The notes beneath the pieces were generated by a model. The model searched no databases and was not told where the DNA came from. It saw only the letters and a list, made by a program, of their open reading frames with translations. Source: an uncultured Bacilli bacterium (lineage in GTDB: Bacteria; Bacillota_I; Bacilli_A; RF39; UBA660). From it: a stretch of 41,925 bases of DNA. The stretch lies in NCBI GenBank assembly GCA_944359025.1, contig CALVSM010000002.1, forward strand, positions 1 through 41,925, given 5' to 3'. Below are positions 24,327 through 31,837 of this stretch, piece by piece (within the stretch, counting starts at the first letter, position 1; each line of letters starts with the position of its first letter). Position numbers and translations under genes: made by a program.

Positions 24327-24629
24327 ATGAACTACTGTCCAAATTGTGGAACTAAAATAACTAAAAATCAAGATTTTTGTTTAGGCTGCGGTAAAGCTTT
24401 AAAAAATAATTATAGTTTACCAAATTCTAACATCGAAACAAGTGATGACCTTAAAATTTTCTATGCCATAATAAGTTTATTTTTCCCTATTGTTGGAGCA
24501 ATAATGTATTATTTATTTAAGAAAACTAATCTTGAAATAGCTAAAACTTGTAATATGTTTTCTTGGCTTGGTTTCTTAATAATGTTTTTACTTATATTTT
24601 GGTGGTTACCATTTATTTTTGTAAAATAA
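24327..24629 (+). CDS. Zinc-ribbon membrane protein
   Basis: MNYCPNCGTKI...CLGCG is a zinc ribbon, followed by two TM helices. A GGAGG RBS is present. Confidence 0.55.
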   Translation: MNYCPNCGTKITKNQDFCLGCGKALKNNYSLPNSNIETSDDLKIFYAIISLFFPIVGAIMYYLFKKTNLEIAKTCNMFSWLGFLIMFLLIFWWLPFIFVK

Positions 24630-24661
24630 AAACCCTTATAAAATAAGGGATAATTAACTAA

Positions 24662-24752
24662 TGGCGGAGTAGAAAGGATTTGAACCTTCGCGCCGGTTAC
24701 CCGACCTACACCCTTAGCAGGGGCGCCTCTTCAGCCTCTTGAGTACTACTCC
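24662..24752 (-). tRNA. tRNA-Ser (anticodon GCU), class II with a long variable arm, encoded CCA
   Basis: The reverse complement is GGAGTAGTACTCAAGAGGCTGAAGAGGCGCCCCTGCTAAGGGTGTAGGTCGGGTAACCGGCGCGAAGGTTCAAATCCTTTCTACTCCGCCA. It shows acceptor pairing GGAGTAG/CTACTCC, anticodon loop CT-GCT-AA and a TTCAAAT T-loop. Confidence 0.93.
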
Positions 24753-24816
24753 AAAAAACGCTACATATAAATTGTACTATATTTTTTTAAATAACGCAAC
24801 ATTTTTTGGAAAAAAA

Positions 24817-25167
24817 TTAGTCTTTAGGCTTAAATATAAGAGATAAAAAGAAAGAAAATACTATAGCTGCCGTAATACCTGAAGCGGTTAAATTAAACAT
24901 ACCACTCATTAACCCCATTATTCCAACATCGACAGTAGTACTCATCGCTCCATGAATTAATAAATGACCAAAACTAGTAATCGGCACATTAGCTCCCCCA
25001 CCAGCCCATAAAATTATTTTATCATAAATACCAAACACATCTAAAAAAGCTCCAACAACGACAAAAATCGTCGTAATATGACCAGGAGTTAATTTAGTAT
25101 TATCTAAAATCAATTGAGCAATTAAACAAACTAAACCACAAAAAATAAAAGAATTCAAATAAATCAT
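24817..25167 (-). CDS. spoVAEB: Stage V sporulation protein AE (SpoVAEB)
   Basis: It is 116 aa with a four-TM pattern and is the last gene of the spoVAC-AD-AE triad. Confidence 0.85.
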   Translation of the reverse strand: MIYLNSFIFCGLVCLIAQLILDNTKLTPGHITTIFVVVGAFLDVFGIYDKIILWAGGGANVPITSFGHLLIHGAMSTTVDVGIMGLMSGMFNLTASGITAAIVFSFFLSLIFKPKD

Positions 25168-26153
25168 TCGACCACCTCCAAACTGATAGCATGAGCAATA
25201 GCAGGAATAGTATTTTTAGTATTAACCATTGTTGTATTCATTAAAGCTCCTGTGGCTACTAACAAAACTCTTCTAATATCTTTTTTATACATCTTATCAA
25301 AAACATATCCATAAGTTACTAAAGGAGCACAAGCTGGTCCACTTGCTCCAGCATAAACAAACTGATTTTCAATATCATATATCATCGAACCACAATCGTC
25401 ATAATTTTTAAGTTCGATACTATACTCATTTAACATATATTCTTTTAATATATCTTTACCATATCTACCTAAATCACCAGTCAAAATTAAATCATAATAA
25501 CCAATTTCTCTTTTGGTTTCTCTTAAGTGATCATAAATTGTTTTAGCGGCCGCTGGTGCCATCACAGCTCCCATATGATATACATCGGTTATTCCTAAAT
25601 CGACAACCGTTCCTAAAGTAGCACTTTCCACTTTAATACCCTTTTTATTACTAGATAAATAAGCACTAGCGCCACCAGTAGTAGTAAATGTCGTGGTTTT
25701 TCTTTTTGGACCTCCATACTCAATAGGGTATCTAAATTGTTTTTCCGCAGCATTGTTATGCGATGAAGTAACAGTTATCGCATTTTTAACTTGTTTAGCT
25801 TCAATCATATTAGAAGCAATAATCAAACCTAATGTACTAGTAGCGCAAGCTGAATAAATACCAATTAAAGGTATCCCTAAACTAGAGGCCGCATAATTAG
25901 TTGCTACTATTTGATTTAACAAATCACCAGAAATTAAAACATCAACATCAAATTTAGTTATTTCTAATTTATTTAATAAAATATCGATTGATTCTTCGAT
26001 CAACTTTATTTCAGCTTGTTCCCAAGTTTTAGTATTAAAATATAAATCATCATAACTTTTATCAAAGTATTTAGATAGTGGTCCTTTACTTTCATAAGGA
26101 CCAGTTATAGTTGCCGTATCATTAATATAAACATTATTATATTTAAAAGTCAT
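25164..26153 (-). CDS. spoVAD: Stage V sporulation protein AD (thiolase-fold DPA channel component)
   Basis: It is 329 aa with a beta-ketoacyl-synthase-like fold and lies between spoVAC and spoVAE. Confidence 0.88.
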   Translation of the reverse strand: MTFKYNNVYINDTATITGPYESKGPLSKYFDKSYDDLYFNTKTWEQAEIKLIEESIDILLNKLEITKFDVDVLISGDLLNQIVATNYAASSLGIPLIGIYSACATSTLGLIIASNMIEAKQVKNAITVTSSHNNAAEKQFRYPIEYGGPKRKTTTFTTTGGASAYLSSNKKGIKVESATLGTVVDLGITDVYHMGAVMAPAAAKTIYDHLRETKREIGYYDLILTGDLGRYGKDILKEYMLNEYSIELKNYDDCGSMIYDIENQFVYAGASGPACAPLVTYGYVFDKMYKKDIRRVLLVATGALMNTTMVNTKNTIPAIAHAISLEVVE

Positions 26154-26154
26154 T

Positions 26155-26595
26155 TTAACCTCCTATAATTATTAACCTAAGTAAACCAAATACATAAGCA
26201 CTTACTACACCATATATAATTACTGAACCAGCTAATTTAAACATATTAGCGCCAATACCCGTGACAAGTCCTTCTTTTCGATATTCTAAAGCGGCACTCA
26301 TCATCGCATGTGCGAAACCAGTTATCGGTATAATCAAACCACATCTTGTAAAATGAACTAATTTATCAAAAAAACCTAAACAAGTTAAAAAACAACCTAG
26401 AAATACTAAAGTTACAATCATCAACATCGACGCATCACTAGTTGAAATATTAAAAATATAAGAATAAATATCGATTAATGCTTGACCTAAAACCCCCATT
26501 AAACCTCCTACTACAAAAGCAATTAAGCCATTACATACGATATTTTCTTTCGGTGTATGTTTATTGACTAAATTTTTATATTTATTTTTTTCCAT
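26155..26595 (-). CDS. spoVAC: Stage V sporulation protein AC
   Basis: It is a 146-aa four-TM protein (PKENIVCNGLIAFVVGGLMG...) and the first gene of the triad. Confidence 0.85.
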   Translation of the reverse strand: MEKNKYKNLVNKHTPKENIVCNGLIAFVVGGLMGVLGQALIDIYSYIFNISTSDASMLMIVTLVFLGCFLTCLGFFDKLVHFTRCGLIIPITGFAHAMMSAALEYRKEGLVTGIGANMFKLAGSVIIYGVVSAYVFGLLRLIIIGG

Positions 26596-26613
26596 CTTTG
26601 TTCCTCCTAATTT

Positions 26614-26642
26614 TATTATGAGAAAATATTATTTTTTTATAC
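26614..26642 (-). promoter_or_regulatory. Forespore sigma-G/sigma-F-type promoter for spoVAC-AD-AE (GTATA-N17-CATAATA)
   Basis: On the minus strand GTATA is at 26638..26642, followed by a 17-nt spacer and CATAATA at 26614..26620. This matches GHATR-N17/18-CATnnTA, and Bacillus spoVA is sigma-G dependent. Confidence 0.5.
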
Positions 26643-26668
26643 GAAAAAACTAGTTTATGCAACTAGTT
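26642..26668 (-). terminator. Rho-independent terminator at the end of sigF
   Basis: AACTAGTT-GCATA-AACTAGTT on the minus strand is followed by T6. The sigF stop codon lies in the loop. Confidence 0.55.
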
Positions 26669-27302
26669 TCGATTTTAATTTGGTTAATATTTTTTGTTCG
26701 CCACGCGATACTTGAACTTGGGTAAGACCTAATTCATTCGCCGTTTGTTGTTGCGTTAAATCGTTTACATAACGTTTAGTAATTAATTCACGTTCAAAAG
26801 GCGTTAAATTAGTTAAAGCATCCTTAAGCATTAATAATTCATCTAAATTATCTGATTTTCCTATTGTATCTTGTAAAGTCATTTCTTTACCTTCATCGTT
26901 TAATGGTTCATCTAAACTATAAATTGTTTTACTACTGTTGATAGCTTCATCGATTAATTGAATCGGTATTTCTAAAAATTCTGCCAGTTCAAAATTAGTT
27001 GGTTCCCGCATTAATTTTTGACTTAAAATAATTTTAGATTTTTCAATCTTTAAACTAAGTAATTGAATACTACGACTTACTTTAATATTTTTATCATGCG
27101 AAACTAATTTTTTCATTTCACCTAAAATGTAAGGATAAGCATAAGTCGTAAATTTAACATTCATCTCTGGTTTATATTTTTTATAAGCCATAATCATGCC
27201 AATACATCCGGCTTGAAACAAATCTTCTTTATTAGAATACTTCTCAAAATATCTAGTAATCGCATAAATTAAATTTTTATTTTCTAAAATTAATTGGTCC
27301 AT
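26655..27302 (-). CDS. sigF: Sporulation sigma factor, SigF-like (short, 215 aa)
   Basis: It has sigma-70 region 2 (DLFQAGCIGMIMAYKKYKP...FTTYAYPYILGEMKK), a KVSRS motif and region 4 (LTQQQTANELGLTQVQVSRGEQKIL). It keeps the spoIIAA-(AB)-sigF-spoVA synteny of Bacillus. Confidence 0.75.
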   Translation of the reverse strand: MDQLILENKNLIYAITRYFEKYSNKEDLFQAGCIGMIMAYKKYKPEMNVKFTTYAYPYILGEMKKLVSHDKNIKVSRSIQLLSLKIEKSKIILSQKLMREPTNFELAEFLEIPIQLIDEAINSSKTIYSLDEPLNDEGKEMTLQDTIGKSDNLDELLMLKDALTNLTPFERELITKRYVNDLTQQQTANELGLTQVQVSRGEQKILTKLKSKLVA

Positions 27303-27311
27303 ATTATCTCC

Positions 27312-27659
27312 TTATAAATTTATTATATTCATAGCACTTAATTCATCAGAAGTCTCATACATATATTTTAATAATCGACTATGATTAATTCGATGTTTAA
27401 CTAAATTATTGTTTAAACCACATAATAAACTTTGACCGTTATTATTTTTACATATTTCATAATTATTAAGTAAAGTATTTATACCGTAACAATCGATAGA
27501 ATCTAAACCACTCACATTAAAAACCGTATTTCTAATTCCATTTTCTTTAACTAAATTATTAACTTCTATCTTTAGTTTATCTACCGTATTTTTATTTAAA
27601 ACACCTGTCAATCTAATAAATAAAATTCCTTTAAAAAATTCAATATTTATATCTAACAA
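27312..27659 (-). CDS. spoIIAA: STAS-domain anti-anti-sigma factor (SpoIIAA-like) with Cys in place of the phosphorylatable Ser
   Basis: ILFIRLTGVLNKNTVDKLK...VFNVSGLDSIDCYGINTLL aligns to SpoIIAA VLCIRLTGELDHHTAETLK...VLNLEDLSFMDSSGLGVIL. The start is at TTG 27659, five nt after AAGGTGA, giving 116 aa. The longer track ORF has no RBS. Confidence 0.7.
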   Translation of the reverse strand: MLDINIEFFKGILFIRLTGVLNKNTVDKLKIEVNNLVKENGIRNTVFNVSGLDSIDCYGINTLLNNYEICKNNNGQSLLCGLNNNLVKHRINHSRLLKYMYETSDELSAMNIINL

Positions 27660-27711
27660 ACTAATCACCTTCCATAATAATTTAGCACATCTTTTTTTAA
27701 TTTTATACCGA

Positions 27712-27718
27712 TTCGACA
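27712..27718 (-). promoter_or_regulatory. Candidate Spo0A box (TGTCGAA) upstream of spoIIAA
   Basis: It is a perfect 7-mer 0A-box consensus on the minus strand, about 55 nt upstream of the TTG start. Bacillus spoIIA is Spo0A-activated. A single 7-mer could occur by chance. Confidence 0.3.
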
Positions 27719-27727
27719 AAACTAGAC

Positions 27728-29554
27728 TTATTTTTTAAATTTTTGATTTTTAAATATTATATAAATCAAAAGAATAAACAAAAGAACTATAATGGTTATA
27801 TCTAAAATACTATGACCATTAATCTTTAAAATATAATCACTTAACTTATTGTCTAAATTTGAATCTTCTAGACATTTGCTTTCATATTGTTTAATTATAT
27901 TATCTTTTTCTTTTAATTTATTATTCATCGCTTCATTTAATAATTTCAAATCTTCATTTAATTCTGCGATTTTATTTTGATAAAATTCATTAGCATTTGT
28001 TAACTCGGTAATTTCCCTATATTTTAAAGCTATATCATTGTTTAAAACAATCGCTTCTTTCTTTAAATTATTTATTTCTTCTTCTAAACTAATTATTTCC
28101 TTTTGTAATTCTTGATTATCTTTTTTTAAAGTAGTTAATTCATCGATTTTTGATATAAGCTCCGCTTGTAACCTATTAACTTTATCAATTAAATCTTGCA
28201 ATTCTTGTTCTTGTTTTTTTAAAAGTTCTTCTTTTTGTTTTAATGTTTCTTTTAAACAACTATTTTCTTTTTGACAATTATCTAACTTTTCGTTTAAATC
28301 ATTTATTTTTGCTTCATACTCTTGTTCTTTATCGTGTAAATAATCTTCTAAAGATATAATTTCTTCTTTTAAATCAGCTATTTCTTGTTCTAAATCAAAA
28401 ATAGTATTTTCTAAAATGTTTAATTTTACATCTTTAGTTACTACGATATCATTTAAAATAAATTTAACTTCATAGTTACCGTTTTTTTGCCAATCAATAT
28501 TGTTTTGAATATTAACTTTATCAGTACTAAAAACAATAAAATCATTTAAGTCAAAATTCTTATCCGTAATATCATGAATGTTTATTTCCAATTTATCACG
28601 AAGACGATAGCGGTAAAAATTCTTCTTACTTGCTTCATCTTTATAAATATAATCATAAATAGCTGTATTAGAATATTCATTATAATATTCTTTTTCTTCT
28701 TCGATAACTTTACACCATTTTTCCTGATAACGGTATTGTTTAGTTACCTTAACATCAACTATATTAGAATGATTTTCTTCTTCATAAGAAATTTCTTTTG
28801 TTGTCCATTCACTAATATCGATATTAAAATCGGTAATTTTTTTAACTTCCTTTTTTGCATTTGACCAATGATAATCAGCAAAACGTAATAAATATCCTTG
28901 AGCGACAAAAATATCTTTTTTATCTTTTGAATAACCAATTGTATATTTTTTATCGCTAGGACCTAAATCAAAAATATAAAAAATGGTTTCAATTTGATTT
29001 AAAGGATACTCTTTACCTAAATCGATAATTAAAGAGCCACCATTATCGATATATGACATATTTTCTTCATAAATACCATTATGAATATAATCGTCAAATC
29101 CTGCTAAACAGCCATCACAAGTATAATCATAGTCAATTTCCTTACCATTTACCTTGACCATCAATTCAGTTATTCTAAAAGCGCCATAGCTTCCTTGCAA
29201 ATTGTATAAGTGAATATATCTAATTGCTTCGGCTTTAGTATATTCATACTTATTTCTTTCTTCATAAACATAACCAACATTATCTACTTTTTCTTCTTGC
29301 CAATTAGAATAATTAGTTAAATAACATTCATCACTAAATTTATCTTCTTGATTATATAATTTATAGTCGCCGATTACTTCATTTTTTTTATACCAAAGAT
29401 ACCTTTCTTCCACTGCAACATCAACAATATCTGATGCGACAACCTCTTCTTCTTGATAACTAGAAAAATCAGAATAATTAGAATAATATACTTCGCTAGC
29501 TTCTACTTTAGAACCAATAACAAGTAAAAATATTAACCATAAAATCTTTTTCAT
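27728..29554 (-). CDS. Secreted, C-terminally TM-anchored protein: aromatic-repeat N-terminal region, discoidin-like segment and a long coiled coil
   Basis: It has a signal peptide (MKKILWLIFLLVIGSKVEA). It carries YRYR/WxxW-type motifs. A heptad-rich region of about 200 aa (EQEIADLKEEIISLE...LQAELISKIDELTTLKK) precedes a terminal TM (ITIIVLLFILLIYIIF). A GGAGGTGA RBS is present. Confidence 0.6.
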   Translation of the reverse strand: MKKILWLIFLLVIGSKVEASEVYYSNYSDFSSYQEEEVVASDIVDVAVEERYLWYKKNEVIGDYKLYNQEDKFSDECYLTNYSNWQEEKVDNVGYVYEERNKYEYTKAEAIRYIHLYNLQGSYGAFRITELMVKVNGKEIDYDYTCDGCLAGFDDYIHNGIYEENMSYIDNGGSLIIDLGKEYPLNQIETIFYIFDLGPSDKKYTIGYSKDKKDIFVAQGYLLRFADYHWSNAKKEVKKITDFNIDISEWTTKEISYEEENHSNIVDVKVTKQYRYQEKWCKVIEEEKEYYNEYSNTAIYDYIYKDEASKKNFYRYRLRDKLEINIHDITDKNFDLNDFIVFSTDKVNIQNNIDWQKNGNYEVKFILNDIVVTKDVKLNILENTIFDLEQEIADLKEEIISLEDYLHDKEQEYEAKINDLNEKLDNCQKENSCLKETLKQKEELLKKQEQELQDLIDKVNRLQAELISKIDELTTLKKDNQELQKEIISLEEEINNLKKEAIVLNNDIALKYREITELTNANEFYQNKIAELNEDLKLLNEAMNNKLKEKDNIIKQYESKCLEDSNLDNKLSDYILKINGHSILDITIIVLLFILLIYIIFKNQKFKK

Positions 29555-29740
29555 ATTTCACCTCCTACTAGTTATATTAGCGAAAAGTTGGCGATTTCCT
29601 TTTTATTTTTAAAAAAAATTAAAAAAAAATGAAATTTCTTCCATTTTTTAATTATATGTTACCACAATTTTCAATTTTTACACTTTCTTTACATCAGACA
29701 AAATATTATTTAATATTCGTGTTATAATGGATATAAGGAT

Positions 29741-30343
29741 GTGATTTTTTTGAAAACACCATTAAGATTTCAAATGACCGAATTTGATTGTGGTACTGTA
29801 TCTATTTTAAATGCTATTATGTATTTATACAAAAGAGAAGAAATTCCTGCGGAATTAGTTAAAGTCGTTACCAAATATAGTTTAGACTGTTATGATAAAA
29901 AAGGTAATATCGGCCAAGGTGGTACTAGTAGAGAAGCTATTGAAAAAATATGTGAATGGTTAACTAAACATGTTAAAAGCAATAACTATGGTCTAAACTG
30001 TGAACACTTATTAAATAAAGATGTCACAATCGATAAAATTAAACAATGTATCGATAATGATGGTTGTGTCTTATTTAGAACTTATCAAACTTGTGAACAT
30101 TATGTCCTATTAACTGATTATGATGATAATAGTTTTTATTTATGGGATCCCTACTATTTAGATGAAAAACATTATAACAATGATAAAGATGTCAAAATTG
30201 ATTTTGATCATCCTTTTAAATATAACCGGATCGTTTCAATTAAAAGATTTTTATCAGTTAATAAAGAAGATTTCTCCTTTAATTTAGATAATAAAAGAGA
30301 ATGCGTGTTATTTAACAAAGAACAAAATTCAAAAAAGTTTTGA
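29741..30343 (+). CDS. Peptidase C39-like (papain-fold) cysteine peptidase domain protein
   Basis: It has the catalytic-Cys context MTEFDCGTVSILNAIMYL and the His context CEHYVLLTDYDDNSFYLWDP. The start is ambiguous (GTG 29741 or TTG 29750). Confidence 0.45.
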   Translation: MIFLKTPLRFQMTEFDCGTVSILNAIMYLYKREEIPAELVKVVTKYSLDCYDKKGNIGQGGTSREAIEKICEWLTKHVKSNNYGLNCEHLLNKDVTIDKIKQCIDNDGCVLFRTYQTCEHYVLLTDYDDNSFYLWDPYYLDEKHYNNDKDVKIDFDHPFKYNRIVSIKRFLSVNKEDFSFNLDNKRECVLFNKEQNSKKF

Positions 30344-30346
30344 ATG

Positions 30347-30372
30347 TCTTTACTTCACAGTAAAGATTTTCT
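30347..30372 (+). terminator. Hairpin terminator after the C39-like gene
   Basis: TCTTTACT-TCAC-AGTAAAGA is followed by TTTTCT. It could alternatively belong to the tnpB 3' RNA on the other strand. Confidence 0.4.
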
Positions 30373-30530
30373 ACTTCATAGAAAACTTAGCTTTCTCCAT
30401 AGACCAACCTCGGATGGTCGCCACCCTATTTTTATTTCATTCAAAACTAATTGAATTGCAGTTCGTCCATATACTGTTTTAACCCTTCATTCATAATATT
30501 AATACTAGCGTTTAAATCTCGTTCATTTTT
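30373..30530 (-). ncRNA. Putative omega (re) RNA scaffold of the TnpB element
   Basis: In characterised IS605-family elements, the region overlapping the tnpB 3' end and about 75-100 nt downstream encodes the guide RNA. Here it contains an unusually GC-rich structured stretch, GGGTGGCGACCATCCGAGGTTGGTCTATGGAG (minus strand). The boundaries and guide cannot be defined by eye. Confidence 0.3.
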
Positions 30531-31589
30531 ATTTTGACATTTTGGACATTCCCACTCTCTTATCTTTAGATTTTTTAATTCTTTATTTTTATAGCCACAA
30601 TGACTACATATTTGACTACTTGGATAACTGGTATCTATTTGGTAGAATTTCTTATTCTTCCACTTACTTTTATACGATATACATCTTATTAGTTCTTGCC
30701 AACTGGCATCATATATTTGTTTAGAAAGATGGGAGTTTTTTACCATTTGATTTATCTTTAATTTTTCAGCCACAATTATGTCATTTTCTTCGGTTATTTC
30801 TTTACTTATTTGATGAATGAGATATTTTCTTGCATTTCTTAACTTTTGATAGACTCTAGCTAGTTTTAATCTAATCTTTTCGCGATTTTTGCTTCCTTTT
30901 TGGCTTCGTGATAACCATTTTTGTAACCCTTTGATTTTCTTTTCATATTTTTGAATATATTTTTGATTATCATATACTTTACCATCGGATGTTATAACTA
31001 GATTTTTTATTCCTAAATCTAGCCCGATTATTGTTTTAGGTGTTATTATTGGTTGATTGATATATTCTTCGACACAAACACTAACATAATATTTATTTGC
31101 TTCTTTATAAACTGTCGCATTAATAATTTTGCCATTTATTTGTTTTAAGTTGCGATATCCTTTAATAGCTACTTCTTTTAATTTGGGTAATTTGATTATT
31201 TTTTTATTCAAATCTAGTTCGATACTGTTATATGTTTTTTCTTTATAATTACTTGTTATGTTATTCGTCCGATAACTTTGTCGGCTTCTTGTTTTACTTT
31301 TAAATTTTGGTAAACCTTTCTTTTCTTTAAAATATTTTTGATAAGCGTTATCCAAATTAAAAATACTACATCGAAGTAAACAACTATCTACTTCTTTTAA
31401 CCATAGATATTCATTTATTAATTCTGGTAATTTTTTTATATAATTATAAGCATTAATTTTTTCTTCTTTGCTGATGTCTAAAAAATAGTTATAAATAAAT
31501 CTTGAACAGCCAATACTTTTTTCAATTAAGATTGCCTGTTCCTTAGTTGGATATAATCTAAACACATAACCTTTTAATATTTTTTCCAT
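30447..31589 (-). CDS. tnpB: IS605/IS1341-family TnpB (OrfB) RNA-guided endonuclease
   Basis: The N-terminus KGYVFRLYPTKEQ is typical of OrfB. Candidate RuvC residues lie in IIGLDLGIKN, IVAEKL and RDLNASINI. The zinc ribbon is CSHCGY...CPKCQ. It is 380 aa. Confidence 0.9.
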   Translation of the reverse strand: MEKILKGYVFRLYPTKEQAILIEKSIGCSRFIYNYFLDISKEEKINAYNYIKKLPELINEYLWLKEVDSCLLRCSIFNLDNAYQKYFKEKKGLPKFKSKTRSRQSYRTNNITSNYKEKTYNSIELDLNKKIIKLPKLKEVAIKGYRNLKQINGKIINATVYKEANKYYVSVCVEEYINQPIITPKTIIGLDLGIKNLVITSDGKVYDNQKYIQKYEKKIKGLQKWLSRSQKGSKNREKIRLKLARVYQKLRNARKYLIHQISKEITEENDIIVAEKLKINQMVKNSHLSKQIYDASWQELIRCISYKSKWKNKKFYQIDTSYPSSQICSHCGYKNKELKNLKIREWECPKCQNKNERDLNASINIMNEGLKQYMDELQFN

Positions 31590-31804
31590 ATAATCACCAC
31601 CAGTAAGTCAATTATACTATACAAACATATATTTGTAAATAGTTTTTATAATTTTATCATTTTTTGAATTTTCTATCAGTTAATAGACATGGTTGGTGTA
31701 TTCTTTTGTACACTATTTTAATTATTCACCTATTGATAACTTTGCTTTATAAATTTTGCAAAGCACTTTCCTAGTATATTATTATGTAGAATTCTACATA
31801 AATA

Positions 31805-31836
31805 TTAAAAAAATCTGCATAAAAATATGTAGATTT
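31805..31836 (-). terminator. Rho-independent terminator of uvrA
   Basis: The minus strand reads AAATCTACAT-ATTTTT-ATGCAGATTT (one mismatch) followed by a T-run. Confidence 0.55.
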
Positions 31837-31837
31837 T

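Larger units (their letters stand above)
30373..31800 (-). mobile_element. Non-autonomous IS605/IS1341-like element (tnpB only, no tnpA); ends approximate
   Basis: It consists of tnpB plus structured flanks between the C39-like gene and the uvrA terminator. The left-end region contains hairpins, including a perfect 16-bp palindrome ATGTAGAATTCTACAT (31784..31799). Confidence 0.4.

Noticed and set aside
27660-27719. The long form of the spoIIAA ORF, starting at ATG 27719.
   Set aside because: The extension (MSNRYKIKKRCAKLLWKVIS) has no RBS and would cover the Spo0A box and promoter region. The TTG at 27659 follows AAGGTGA and gives the canonical STAS protein of about 116 aa.
30347-30366. The hairpin TCTTTACT-TCAC-AGTAAAGA could be part of the TnpB omega RNA.
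   Set aside because: This could not be decided. On the plus strand it is followed by TTTT and directly follows the C39-like stop codon, so the simpler reading is a terminator. It is kept as a low-confidence terminator, and the omega-RNA boundary is left open.
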